A stretch of 64,000 nucleotides of DNA from Epiperipatus broadwayi (lineage: Eukaryota > Animalia > Onychophora): assembly GCA_028023455.1 (NCBI GenBank), contig JAQFVV010000008.1:19158001-19222000 (forward strand), written 5' to 3'. The position numbers and the translations under genes are program-made. The notes under the pieces were generated by a model, which was given only the letters and a program-made list of their open reading frames with translations, did not search any database and was not told the origin of the DNA. Shown piece by piece: positions 37,779 through 52,539 of the stretch. Positions within the stretch are counted from its first letter, which is position 1, and each line of letters begins with the position of its first letter.

Positions 37779-40700
37779 TATATTTTTACAATCAGCACAT
37801 ATAGTAATTAGGTACTCCTTTATTGATCAGTTGTAGAAAGTTTATTGTATTCACTTTGAACTAACTGACTAATGCTTGCCTCTGAACTGAAATTTTTTTT
37901 CCAAGATTTAATCAACCCAGATTAGATCATGGGCATGGCATCCAGATGCATTAACTACTACAATGTAAATCCCCCCCCTCTTCCTCTCATTTTTACAATG
38001 AGTTAGTTTTTTATATACTGCTCAATCATATTTAAAGCAATTATAGGGCATATTGAAATTGTAAAATAAGATTATTTATAAAATGACGTATTCTTCAGTA
38101 AATACAAGTGTTGTAAAATTCAGCATGGTGATGAAAACAGTAAAACATTGCTTGAATATTAATGTTGAATTAATTTATGCATGTTTGTTTATTGAATACA
38201 GGTAAATGTAGGCATATTTATAAATTCAGTAGAAAATCTTATATCATTTCTATTTATTTCCAAGCCTTCACATAGATATTGAAATCTATGGATAATAGTG
38301 AACCTATGATAAAATGCAATTTAAGTTATACAGATATTAAGATATCAATAAAAATAATTAACAAAAAAAATGAAGAATAAATCATCTATAAAAATGACAC
38401 TGAAATAATAAATGGAAATATAGAGGTTAAAAATGTGTGGGAATAATAAAAGTCAAACCACTACAAGTATATTTTTCATTAAAAAAAAAATTACGCAACC
38501 AACAAAAGACTATACAACATGTTTATTAATTAACACATAAAGAAAATAGTTAACTAAACAACTAAAGAATAAATAGTTTAATTACCATATTGTAGTGCCA
38601 AAGTTACATATAATAACGTATTAATGATTAACAACAATGTCCTCAACTACAGTCCACACACCGGGAATCTAAAATCAATAACAATATATCCAAAAAATTA
38701 TACAATTTAAAAATTCAAATTTTATAATTATTAATTATGTTACTTTATTATTATGAGACTCCATTATTATGTAATTTAATTTTTATAATGGCAATATTAA
38801 TCAAATTTATTTGAATCTGTAATATGGTTTATATTTTAATGTATATATATATATACACGCAAAATAATTTAATCCTGTTGGTAGATAAACATGAAAATGA
38901 GATTTTTAAACAAAGTTGAAAATCCATGACCAAAATATGTTATCATATTATACATGTTAATTTTGATAAAATAAATTTCTTAACACTCAAACTTATTGTA
39001 TTAATCATTTAAGTTCAATATGAAAGAGCAAAGACAAAATATGTATATATATTACAACAATACAAATCATAATACTTAAATATAATTAAGTGAATGAAAG
39101 TAAGATATTTAACATCATTATTTCATAACAGCAATACATTTGTCTATCTTCAAATGCATGCATAAATATATATGCCCACAAACTATCTTATACAAATACA
39201 TATTAAGAAGCAGTGAACTATTCACCATATACCAGACTTCCCATTGTATAACATACAGAATGTCAAAATAAAGTGTACATATATCATTAATCAACATAAG
39301 GAGTGCACATTTGCAAGCATGTATATCATCATAATAGTTTAAATAAATAAAGAAATTCCACATCTACATTATATATTCAAGACAGAATAATATACATGTA
39401 ATATAACTTCAAAATTGGTATAATATAGTGTTTACATGTTTGTTAATAATATTAACTTCAAATAAATATTATATACATGCATACCACAAACTCCACATTT
39501 TCATAGATAAACAATATTAAAATTGATTAACTTATATTATTACTTATAAGAAGATTTTAATAAGTTATTAAAAATGTTTAACATTTATTTATTTAACACA
39601 TAAAATAAAATTCAAATAATCATTCAAATTTAAAACATTCACATTATCTAATTTTAAATATTCATTACAATATATTTTTAATAACATAACTAATAATAAT
39701 AATTGTACACTCATAAACACAAGTATTTATGTATATAATACATGATTATCTATTAGAATCCATTATTTCCTAACCTTTTTTTATATTTTATTATGTTAAA
39801 ATGATTGTATTTCTCTTCTCCTCTACTTGATTTGTCTCCAAAATGAAAACACTTTCTGTACTAAACCCCCTTTTTCTGTTATTATCAAATAAGAATGACA
39901 AAAACGTCAAATTATATCATTTAAATATGTGTGTACAGATTTTATTTAAGAAGAAGCTATTTAGCATCACACCATTGGAGTCAATTCTACAAGTTTGTAT
40001 ATGTGAATATGTTAATCTGATTACTTCCTCTTATAAGAAAAATAAAACCTACTATCTTTATTTTTCATTTTTTCTATACGGAAAATTTATGACAATGATG
40101 AAGCCCATTATAATTGGACCAATTTTTATACTATATATAATAAGATTGATAGAAATCACGTTAGCATGTGGAATAACATTGTAGCATAGATTCGGCACAA
40201 AACCACTAAAAGGTTGCCGATCCCAACCCTATATCATTAAATAAATCTTTTTTTTATTGCTCTGATTTAAAAAGTTACAAAAGAAAACGAAATAAATTAT
40301 TAACAGGTTTTGTTTTTTTTGTATTGAAAATATGTTTGATAATAAATTTTTATTATTTTAATTTTAAAGTAATGTTTATCATCCAAAAATTATGGATTAT
40401 ATTAAATTATAAAAGCTAAAAGTTTAGATCTGATAATGTAATTTTTTAAAAATTGGTAATTGTAATTAAATACACTAAGAATTAAAATAAATGGTACTTA
40501 CGATAATTAAAATATATGGTAAAAAATTATAGAGTATGATAAATAGTATTATTATTCAACCAAAAGAATTATAGTTTCTTTGTAAACAAAATGAAAACAT
40601 AATATAGTGATAATGAGAAAGTGATCAAACTCCTTAACCCACATAAATTCTGTAGGTACGTGAGAAGCAGAGATTTACAATTTTTTGATCTTGGATTGCA

Positions 40701-41089
40701 AAACACATTAGAAAATATAGTGATTTTGTTTTTTAAAAAAGAAACCTGAGATAATAAGGAAGATAGTAAAAATTTAATTCGTGAATAAATTGCGGTAAAA
40801 TAGCTTTACAAGGAAGCACATTATTTTAGAGAAAAATTTAACATTAACTTCATTATTGTTTATATTCTTTTATCTGTAAACACAGATATATAGCTGGTTC
40901 TAATTATTTATACCTAAGGCAAAAAATCAAAACTATATCTTCTATCTTAAATTCAAAATTTACTTATTTTTAAATTATCCATTTATTAATAATTTAAACT
41001 GAAAATAAAGATTCATTTAAAGTTTATAGAAAAACTTTACTATCTTTCATAGTGATATCAGTATATATATATATTATTTGGATTTGAGC

Positions 41090-41830
41090 ATCAGTTTTCT
41101 TTCCTGGTACACTTGCACAGCCATTACATGCTTGTCAAAATAATTTATTCATGTCCAAAACATATATAGTGCATTTATTTAAAGTAGCAGAAGTAATATT
41201 TTTTATATCCATATCATAGTGGTTTGTAAATGCTAAATATTCTAATCATACATTTTTATTTTGTCAACAAAATAAATGTCAAGTGAAATGCAATATTTGC
41301 GATTTTATCAGCTAATATTGAAAACATAATAGATTTATTGCAGCAGCTATAATGCTTTCACATATTTCCATTTCAAAAAATTCTATTAGTTAATATTCAT
41401 TTCTCAAAGATATGCACTGGGTATTTGCAGGAGCTTTTGTCAAATTATTTTTTAAAATTAAATCTTTCACTACAATTTGAAATTTAAATAAATCATGTAA
41501 ATTTTCAGGATCATTCCTTTTCCCTCTAAACAATAAATCATGTACAGCACAAAATGCAATGGTTTATAAAATGTAACCTAATTTAATTTTATTGGATTCT
41601 ACAGCTTTTAGTATTGATTTATCAATTTGAAAAATTATATCCTTTTCTGGATGTTTGTGGATTATTATAAAATTTTGTGTATTAGTATGAGCTTTTTTGT
41701 GCTATTGAGAAGTCTGATTAAAATTTTGATATTTTATAAATGGACTTTTTTTAAGTATCCTTGTCAATCCTGATCTATGTTTGACTCAAACAAAATGCAA
41801 TATTTTCAAAATACATTTTTTATGTACTTT
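41090..41830 (-). mobile_element. hAT transposase relic (ZMYM1/PRKRIR-like type)
   Basis: Minus strand: IAFCAVHDLLFRG...LILKNNLTKAPANTQCISL...MFSILADK...LDMNKLF*QACNGCASVPG (cf. LALRGH, FSILADE, GQGYDGAS-x-MAG). Confidence 0.75.
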
Positions 41831-43681
41831 TGAATAATAAAACTATAGTAAGTATTCTTTAACCAAGAAAATCTAAATTGTTTCTTTTCAGAAAAATCTT
41901 TTTTGAAATCATAGTTTTTGTGGCAATGTATGCCTTAGAAGGGATTTTAAATTTTAAAATTGGTGTTATAGTGAAAGTTCGGTGTAATAAACATATTCTA
42001 ATATATTATTTGATGAACTTGATTCAAAAGAGTCATTTTAAATCAATGATTTCAGGAATCAGATCGACCTGTGTATTCCAAGGTGTGCATTTATGTGTTG
42101 TTGTTTTTTTACATTTTTTTCTAGGAAAGAAAAATAATTTCTTAAATAAAATATTTTTTTAAAATAAAATTATAAATACATTATTTTCAATTTATAGCTA
42201 TTTTAATTCTAGAAGGAAATAGTATTTGAAATTAATATAGTTTTTAGCACAATTTTATATTTAAAAAAAATTTCCGGCATATTTTTATTAAAATCAATCA
42301 ATTAATTAGTCCCAAAATCCTAAAGTAAATTATTTCTATTTTAAAAGTAAAAAAAAAAAATCATACAAACAACATTAAAATAAAATAAAATTATATACAT
42401 GTAGGTTTTAAAAATGTATTTTTATTTTAAAATTTGGTTTACTGTAAATTTAAATTCATACTTAGAAAAAGATAAACCAAAAATAGGAATATATATTTTA
42501 TTACTATGATAGATAATACACATATTTATGGGTTACCTTGCCAAAGCCAAAAAATTTCTTATAAAATTTTGAGACAGACAAAGCATCGTGTGATCAAGGA
42601 TATAATGTTAGATATATCAATCACTTTTATATTAATTTGTGTTTTTTAATGCCTAATCTCCAGAATGGAGATAAGTGATCTATTTGCCTCCTCCCCCCAC
42701 TGAGGATGCTCATAAGTTTTCTATTAGTATGGATAGCATATTATATTAAATTTATTATTTTATATCAAGTTTGTGTTATTTCAAAAAAAAAAAAATTGTG
42801 TTTCTGTGGGAATATAGTTAATTGAGCAATTGATTCCAAACTTCTCAGGCGCCACAAATTTATGTTATGTAAGTTTGTCTGAAGGTTTAATAAAAAATAT
42901 TAGAAAATTGTATAACACTTTTTATGGTGATTATATAAATACATATTTGATGGGATGAATAGTGTGAAGAAGTAAGATACTAATTTTTTATAATTAAATT
43001 GAAATAATAAACTTCAGATAAAATTGATAATTTAATTGACAACTTAAGTCCCCTCTTCCAGCCATCAAAATATTTACATATTATATTTAATAAAATTAAT
43101 ATAACAAAAATAACTATATTCAATATTAAATTTGGTTTACATATTCATAATCCAAAGTAATGATGTAATTGTCATGTAAAAATGGTATTATATACAAATG
43201 CTAAAAATAAAAGATAGGAAAATATGTTTTCAAAATATATTGAGTTTTGCTGTAACCTCAACTAGGCAAAAGTTTTTTAAATTCATTTTTATTAGTTTTT
43301 TTTATATAGTTTCTTTTCTTTGCTTTATTTTTGGGGAGGTTCCAGCAAATTTTGGGTGAGAGCATCAAAATTCTAATTACATGTAGCAGCTCTAGACTCC
43401 TTACACAGTAAAGGACATATCACCACACACATTTTCTGAAACTCTTTGTGGCTGGCCGTGAAGAAAAGTGATAAAGAAGGCATTACTTATGATGTAGTAA
43501 GGTTTGAGGTGTTTCCATTCCTATTTTAACTTTTACTTAAGAGTATTTAGATACTAGTTCCTTATCAATATTTGATGAGTGATTAGAAAATTGGCTATGA
43601 GATAGTTATTTTAAAAAAAGTTTTTTAAGCCTGATTAGAATTTTAAAATATTTGAATATTTTCAGTTTATCCAGCATGGAA

Positions 43682-46330
43682 CGGTGGCGGTGAACCTTTT
43701 TAAGTGTGCGTGCCAAAAATTTTCAAAAAATATTTATTGAATGATTGGCGTGCCATAAAGTTATTGAATCAAAATATAAACAACTTAATTATTGCAATTT
43801 TTTAAAAATTTGTAAAACAAAATAATAATAATAATAACAATAATAATTAAACACAATTTCTAAATAAGCTAAATGCAAGTGAACTATATTTATTTAGAAG
43901 AGCATAAGTTGAATAAAATGTTACAGTAAAAAATTAATAGTAATTAAAATAACATTTTGGAAATAAACATATAAAATCAACTTAAATAGATATTATTTAA
44001 TGAGACTTTTGCTATTGTACATTGCATGCCAAATATTTTATCTGGTTCATATTTTGCCATTTTTAATAATGTACATACTGAACTAGATTCATCTCTCATT
44101 CTATTTCTCAAACTGTCTTTAATTAAATTCGTTTCTGAAAACAGTGATTCACATGCATATGTAGAGGGGAAAATTGATAATATAGAGGTCGCTAATTTTT
44201 TTAAATAATTAAATGTTTTAGGAATAGCGTTCTAGGTAGTCAATAGTTCCTTATCAGCATTCTTTTTACATATATCCAATTAGACCATTTTTCATTGTTT
44301 CTAACTCATTCCTCAAGTCAATAAATTTCTGTTTCCATATAGAACTGGATTGAAAATCGACTGATTGCGTTTCCATATCTTTCAAATTAAGCCACTCAAA
44401 AATTTTTAACTTGAGACTATCCAATGATATTACGTCTAGGTATAAAATAAATTTTGATATTTCTGAAAATTGTCTGAACTGTGTAAATCTTAAAGAAAAT
44501 TAATCAATTATTAATTGAATAACAGCACAAAGACAATTTAAATTTGATCTGATTTATCATGAGATTCTAAATCAGTCAAAAACCTTTTTTAGATTTGGAA
44601 AATATTTGAAAGTGTAATAAATAACATCACAGTTGGAAATTTGTAATTTAACTTCAAATGCTTTGATTAAATCAAACATGCCAACAATTGTCTTATTATA
44701 ACCTTGCAGTTTCACATTTAATTCATTCAACATCCATTAATTCATTATATTTTTCAATGATTTTCTCATTACATAAAAACAGTCTTATTTCTTTTAAACA
44801 CTCAATGAATCTTTGAAGAACTTTTCCTCAACTTAACCATTGGACATTGTTGTCCATAAGTAAACCATGGTATACTGAGTTTACCTCACTTAATGTGTAC
44901 ATATAAAATTGATTAACTTAGTCACAATGTTCATAATTTCATCCAGTGACTTAAAGCTGATCTTCATGTATAAAACCTGCCAATGTATAATGCAATGAAA
45001 ACCTAAAATTGAATGTCCAATATGGTTGGTAAATAAACTGAGAAAATTATTTTTTTTTCCAGTCATAAGCACCATCTATAGTTACTGATACAATTTTGAC
45101 AATGTCTATGTTGCAAATATCTATTTCTTTTGTTGTTGTTACTAATGAAGTTAAACTGATTAATTCTTTGATATTATTTCCAACACAATAGCGAATAAAA
45201 ATAGACAAACAAGATGATCCATTTATGTCTATACTTTTATCAAGGCAGAGAGAAATTAAACTAGAAGATTATGTATCTTTTTTTTGTTGGTAAGTTATGT
45301 TGTTAGCCATTTGCAGGATTCTTTTCTTTAACTGCATTTCTAGCCAGTGATAAATCTTTTATGCTCTGAATAATTTTTGCTTTGTTTTCAAAATCTTCAA
45401 AAAGAACTGATGCACATTTTATCCAAGCTTCTTTCATATATTTTCCATCATTAAAAGGTTTCCCATGTTTGGCAATTACATTTGAAAAAAAAAAATAGCA
45501 GCAGTTTTATTTGAATGATTTTCGATAAATTTCATTATACATGTTGATTGAATATTTATATTTTTAAATGCTTGGGCAATATATTCTTTTTGTTCATCTG
45601 TACTTTTTTCATAGAGCGATTTATGATTGGTCTCATAATGCCATTTGATTTTCGCAGTACAACTGTTCCACAATATAAAACACATACTACTCTGGTGCCT
45701 TTGTTAATCATTCCATACTCATCAGTCTACCAATTTTGAAATTCTCTACTGCTTGATAAATTTTGTTTTTTATTTTCACTAGTCACATTAGTATAATGGT
45801 AACAAATTTATTTAAAAGTAAATTTAAATGAATATCAGACAAAAAACAGTCATTCGATGGTGTTGATTACGTATTTCATTCCTTTGTTTATGATTGTGTT
45901 TACATTAAAAAAATGAATGATGTCAACACATTTAGGTGAAAAAAGATTAGGATAGAAAACCATTAGATTACTTTTACATTAGATTTGAAAAAAATTTACT
46001 TCAAAGAGTTATAAAATATTTTACTGAGTTTACTTTCTAGTTTTATTGGACTAATTTGACAGGTTTATAGAATATGATACCATAGTTTACTAGTACCACT
46101 TTAATTTGACCTAAAATATTATAATTTATTGCTTCTAATTAGAGTTCAATTGTAAATTGAATTCTAACATAATATTACATTTATTTATTTTACCTTTAGT
46201 TTACAGTAAATTTTTTATTAGTACAGATTTTAACAACAAAAAAATGTTGAAGAAAATTATAATATATAAATAGTTCATGTGCCAATAAAAAATTCAAAAG
46301 TGGCATGCGTGCATAGGTTCGCCATCACTG
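43682..46330 (-). mobile_element. Full-length decayed hAT (Charlie/SPIN group, GTF2IRD2-like transposase), ~2.65 kb
   Basis: Imperfect TIRs CGGTGGCGGTGAACCT and CAGTGATGGCGAACCT. Transposase MTGKKNNFLSLF...FHCIIH, VNSVYHGLLMDNNVQWLS*GKVLQRFIECLKEIRLFL. Flanks gcatggaa/acataggg are at best a decayed 8-bp TSD. Confidence 0.9.
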
Positions 46331-46982
46331 ACATAGGGCATAGGCATCACAAGTGGCTACAATGATGGTGCATAACAAAGCTGTTTTGAGGAATCTGTAT
46401 TTATTCACATATATAAACAGATCAACTGGGAAGGCCGTAGGGAGGGGGGGATTATTGCTATGATCGTTTTTTTATTATTGTTATTATGAAACTGTAATTA
46501 AAATGATTTCTTTGATTTAGTAATGAAGATAGCAAAATTAATCAATAATTTCAATGCCATAAAATTATTATAATGTAGAGAAATACTGCTTATAATTGAA
46601 AATATTTGTTGGATTTACTTTTATCAATCTTTTCATTTCACCTTACAAATGAAGTTCAGTACTGTAACAATTGAATCATTAACAAGTCTTCATAAAAAGA
46701 AATAGTGGCTCTAAGCAAAAATTTCAATCATTTTTATTGCAATTACAAACATTTTATTTTATAGGATGTTTGAATGAGATCTGCTGGAGTTCCACTAATT
46801 GTTACTTTAAGACCCAATTTTTCAATTCTTTATTTGGTTAATGTTAGTGTTTCAAATGAGGATTTTCTCAGTTAAGTTTATTCATGGAGTGAGAAATAAA
46901 GTTGAATTGATTATTGAAAATAATTGATACAGGTTTAAATTCTCTATTCAAAGCACACAAACATATATAATTTTTTTTGCTT

Positions 46983-47022
<40 letters not shown>

Positions 47023-47139
47023 GTATGTTATCTTAATAATTATTATTCGTTGCTTTATCAAAATTACATAAATATTAAGTAATAAAAGTTTTTAAAAAAA
47101 AGTATATATAAGTTTGTGATATGATGCACGTACTTAGAT

Positions 47140-49600
47140 AATGATTACCATCCTGTGATTTTAATCAATGGTCTATTCACTGCACCATGGTCTCTTAAAA
47201 TTCTCCAATCAGTGGCCTTTTTTCCTGCACATCACTCACAAACTTTTTTATCTCTTTTATATATGATGTTTTCTAGAAATTTTTCAATATCTTAGGATCC
47301 AATTTAAGAATTCAGTTGTCCATCTTTTGCTGTCTTATCTAATAATGCATCTAACTGCTACATTTCACTCTTGTCTTATTTTTAATGATGGCAGTGATAC
47401 CTATTTGTTTTCTCGATCATATATTTTATTTATAATTTTTTTTTAATAATTTTAAAATATATATCTCCATATTTTGCTGCAAGATTTGAAGTCTAAATGC
47501 TGCTCTTCTATTAAATGTTCAAGTTTCAGATTTATAAATAAATATATATCTTATGATATCAAGTTATTTTTAGCAAAAAGCACTCCATTCATGTTTAATT
47601 TTGTCACTCATTTCATCTGTTATATTTTTATTTGCATTATTAATCTGAACTAAAATATTTATAGTGGTGAATTTCCTCAAATTCATTATTTTAAGTCTTA
47701 TTTACAAAAAAAAAAAAAAACAACTTTCAAAATTATTTGATTCTTTTTCCATTTATCTTTAATCAAATTTTCTTGCTTTCATCTGAAAGTTTTTGTAATA
47801 TTTCTTAAAGCTATGAAGCACTATTTGCAAAAACTACCACTTCATTTGCTCGAACTAGATGAACTAACATTAATTATTTTTATTTCTTTTATTTTTTATT
47901 TTAATCAAAATATATTTTGTACAGTTTACTATGCTGTCATATATCCTTAACAATGATACTCTTCTTAATATCACCATATAATGTCATATAATCACTGCTG
48001 TTGCTTGTTCTTAATCTATAAATGTAGTGCCCAATGACATCGCTCTTTTTAAAAACTTCTCTTAATAATTGAAAATGATTTACTACCATATAATTACTTA
48101 AAAATGTTTTTGGGGGCCATTCAAACTTTTTTTAAGATGACTTGTAATAATTTTAGTAAAGATTTTTCATAGAAATGTTAGAAAATTGATAGACTTTGGA
48201 ACTTTTAACATCTTTTTTATTTTGCTTTTCTTAAATATCAATCTTAAATATTTCTCATACAGATTTATTAATAATTTTTCTAAAATAATTACATCATTTC
48301 ATAGAGCTTTTCCATTTTTTATAGATTCAATTGCATATTTAAATTCTTCATTTAAAATACTTGGCTGCTTTGTTTTCTTGCTCTTATTATTACTTACCTT
48401 TTTGAAGAATTCTTACCTATACTTCATGATGTTTTTTTTTTTTTTTAATTTTGGGTTTTTATTGTTAAAATATTTTTTGTTTTAATATCAAGGTAAGTTA
48501 TAGATTTGAGATCTTTATTTTTTTTTTAAATAGCTTTTCTTATCATTTCACAGATGTGTTTTTTTTATGTCATCATTAATTCCTTTTTGCTCCATTTTTT
48601 ATAAAGACTTTTAAGATATTCTCTTTTTATAAATGATTTTTTTTTCATATTTTCATACTCCTTTTTTTAAATTTCATTGCTTTATTTCAGTTGAAAATTT
48701 ACTGTAGATATGCTGGTTTTTTATACCAATTTTTTGTATAGCAATTCTTGATAAGGCACTATATCAGTAATCTTGATTGATCATGTGCGAATCTGTTAGC
48801 TTCAAAGTGTGTTTATATTTTTAAAGGATTGCATTTTCATTTAAATTCATTTAAGTATTTTTTTTAAGTTTACGAATATGAATGACTCATATTGTAATTT
48901 TTAATAATTTTTGTCTCTAACTTTGCTTATATTAAACACATTATGGTCTTGAAGGGTATATTTCAACTCCATTTTCAATTCCCAAAAAGAAATTTTTAAT
49001 ATACACTTTTCTTCTCATAAAATCTTTGTCCTCTCTCATTTCTTTTGCCTTAAACAAGTTCAACAATACTATTTTGATTTTGCAATTATTTTCCAAATCT
49101 ATCATTAAAATTTTTATGACAAGTTTGATTTTACCAAAAGTATTTTTTATATCAATATAAAAGTTCTCTGTTTCATCATTGGAATGAGAACTTGTTGGAT
49201 CATAAATAAATTATCCATTAGCTTGCATAAATAATTTTATCATTCTAATACTCTATCAATTCCCACATTGTTGCTTTTAATCTTTTATTGAAATGATTTC
49301 TACTTCATTTATGCTTCCAACATTTGTACCATTATACTAAAATATGTGTTTATGTTTCTTCTAATTTCACAAACTTTAACTAGGTCTTATTTGATATTAA
49401 ACCTTTTCCCCCATAATCCATATAATCTTCCTTTACTAGAAAGTGATTTACAATCATAGTATATGAATTAAAAAGTTATTTTTAAATGGAAACTCAATTC
49501 TATAACATGGAGATTGTTTCATCCTCTACTTTTAATCATTACCCATTGCTTTGGTTGGTAACTTGACAGCCTTCATGTTATGAAGACCATAATTTATTAT
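47140..49600 (-). mobile_element. Older, heavily decayed RTE-clade LINE
   Basis: Minus strand DPTSSHSNDETENFY (cf. YAPTSSHSDEEVEEFY) near 49200. The 3' end at 47140-47400 resembles the RTE 3' end at 54800-55000. Confidence 0.6.
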
Positions 49601-49629
49601 GTCTATTATTTACATTAAAGACAATGATC

Positions 49630-49667
<38 letters not shown>

Positions 49668-49668
49668 T

Positions 49669-49746
49669 TATTCATTTAGTAATAATGAATGATTATATAT
49701 ATATATATATATATATATATAATCATTCATTATTACTAAATGAATA
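49669..49746. repeat. Perfect 78-bp palindrome: 25-bp arms around (TA)14
   Basis: tattcatttagtaataatgaatgat (49669-49693) is the exact reverse complement of 49722-49746. Confidence 0.95.
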
Positions 49747-52539
49747 TCTTAGTTGAGTACAATCTATCATGGTATTATTTTGTTTTAAACTCACAACCAA
49801 AATCAGTAAATTTATCATTTTAGCTAATCTCTATTTATGAACATTCCACTCATTTTACTGACAACATTTGAAGAACATATAGACATTTATTCTGCTTTGT
49901 TTCTTTAAGGCCTCCAAGAGGTTTCCAAATGTTATCAAAATCTTTTTTGTAGTCACTTATACAATAATATACTCAGTTATCATTAATATCTAATGGACAT
50001 TTTCTAGATCATTATTATATAAATAGAATAGCAGTCATATTGTAATGATAATATGTATATATACATAATACAATGGATGTCATTATCTTCAAATTGCAAC
50101 ATAAATGTCTGAAGTGTCTCAACAGATATGTATAGTGATTAGGCTAGTGTTCCAATTTTATATAATTCAAATTGAAATAATTAAATATTATTCAAATATA
50201 ACTTTGAAATTCAATAAATTCTTTAATAGCATTGATATACTAGCTCTTTTTAAAAGTTTTTATTTATGTATTGTACCGGATAGTAGCCGTTTCAAAGGTG
50301 ACTACACAAAAGTAGAACTAACTTTTGTGTTTATTAAATTTGAAAGCATAAAGCTATTTAAAAATAAATAAATAAAATAAATTGTTTATAAGAGTACATG
50401 TATAAAACACATACTCATTTATATTTAAAATAGATCATTTTAATTTTTAAAATATAGAATTGAGTTTAAAAAAAGTTTTCTTTCACCGCTTGTTTTTTAA
50501 TCAAGTTGATTTAAAACAAGCAAACATGTTCATTACATTCCTGTCTCTTAAGTGGAGATTTAATTTTATGTTGTTGTTTTAGTTAAAATAATCCCTGGTT
50601 GGAATTCCTAAATTAGATTGAGCAGGAAATTGAGATTTACCCTGTCCTTAGGTGTAGAATTCAAAAACAGGACATGTTTTTGTGGGAAATTGAGTGTGGG
50701 TATAAATAATCCCAAAAATTTCATGGATTATTCTAGAGAGCCTTGACCAAGCAAGTACTTTGTCAATGTGATTGGTTTAGCTTCTTATATTCATTCTGAT
50801 TAACCTCATTCAACATTTGTACCATTATCCTTTTGGACATTTAATTTCGTTAAAAGCAAAATTTGCAGTTATTAAAACAATTTTGCTTTCTCCAAGATGC
50901 CAAAATATATTATTATATGTTTTATAACCAACAATATGTCTTGCTAGTTTAACTCAAAAGATGGACCCTCGCCTGCTGACTCTCCTTCAGTTATGCCATG
51001 AACGTCTAAAATAAACAGGACCCAATGCCTCTACCTTGCCACTGTCAAAATACCAGAAAGATGAACTATTATTAAAAGTGTGCACTCTTCAGAAAACTAT
51101 GTGAACTCTACTTTACCGTAAGGTAAACTTTTTTTTATTCTTGCCAGGGTAAATAAATTGCTTTTAATTAAATCTTCACTCAGTCTAATGATAAGTGTGA
51201 TATATAAAGTTGTATTAATTATTTTAATTATTTAATCTAATATTTATTATCTGTATTTCCTTTTACTAGTATTTATAGTGTGTCTTGGAATCTTAGTTTT
51301 AAGATTCCAAGTTTGTTTTCAAATTTCATTTATCAGAGGGTGCCTTGTGAGATTATATTTTATATTCCTAATATGGCTAATCATTTCACTAATTATTGAT
51401 GAATGCTTTGGCAGTCTTCATAAATTTATTTACTCATCTGCTTTTAGTTGTTGTTATAAAATAAGTAATTTTAAACATGTTTAGTTTGCACTTTTTGCTT
51501 AATAAAATTGTTTAATAAAATCTTTTGGCTGGCTATTTATCATCTTTATTGTTCTAGTTTTCTGAAAGTAGAGATTTCTTTCTAGGTTATGTAAGATCGT
51601 AATCATATATATATATATTGTCTTGTATGTGAAATTGACCACATTTGCTTTAAACGCAGTATTACGTGCAGCAGTTCTGCAGCGTTATAACGTCAGTAGT
51701 TAGAATGTTACTGATTGATCATATTAAATACATTGTCCAAACTAAATTTAATTAATTTAAAATATATTTACACTATACAAATTTAGCTCAGGTTCTCAAA
51801 AATTATAATTATCTTCATTTCTCTAACATTTATTTCAATACAGAAGCCACAACATTTTCAAATGTCTGTCCTCTTTTTGCACTTCTGTGACATCATTAGA
51901 TAATAGTTACAATACTGATATGTTTTTTAAATCACAAATTACCAAAGTTTTTAAAACAAGTATTATAAACCAAAAATCCTTAACTTATGTAATTCTCTGG
52001 AAAAAATCATGCAAGATTTCATCATGATGATTCAATATTTGTTAAGCTTTTTGGTAACAAACAAATTTTCACTTTTATATTATAATGCTAGAATGGAATT
52101 GTTTTTTGTTTTTATTTTATTAAAAAAATAAAATATTAATACAATAAGATTAAGGAATATTTTATTTAAAATCTTTAAATATTTCAGTTAAGTATCTAAT
52201 AAAACTGTGTGAATGTTGATTATGATCACAAACATAAAATATTTAATTTTATTGGATTTAATATTGTCATTGTTAAAAATTTTGTTGGTATAATTAAATA
52301 TGAGAAAGGAATGTATGCTAATAGAATCATATAAATTCCAATGCTAATCTAAAAATTGAAATTGAAGTATGTCTATTTATAAAATAAAATATGAATGTTA
52401 ATTATTTTTTTATAGATAACACAACTTTTAATTGAATAGATGTAATTATAGAGAAAGGATATGTGTGTGTGTGAAACAAATTTAAAACAAGTGGTGATAA
52501 TTTTTTTAAAAAAGGAAAAGGATTTGGTGGTAATTAGTT

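Noticed and set aside
39843-40184. 113-aa ORF and similar AT-rich ORFs (1727, 9860, 41878, 48186, 50105)
   Set aside because: F/I/L/Y/K-rich composition expected from random AT-rich DNA or antisense TE relics; no motifs.
50520-51230. GC-richer LTR-like block containing MDPRLLTLLQLCHERLK*
   Set aside because: No definable termini, TSD or second copy; the peptide is too short.
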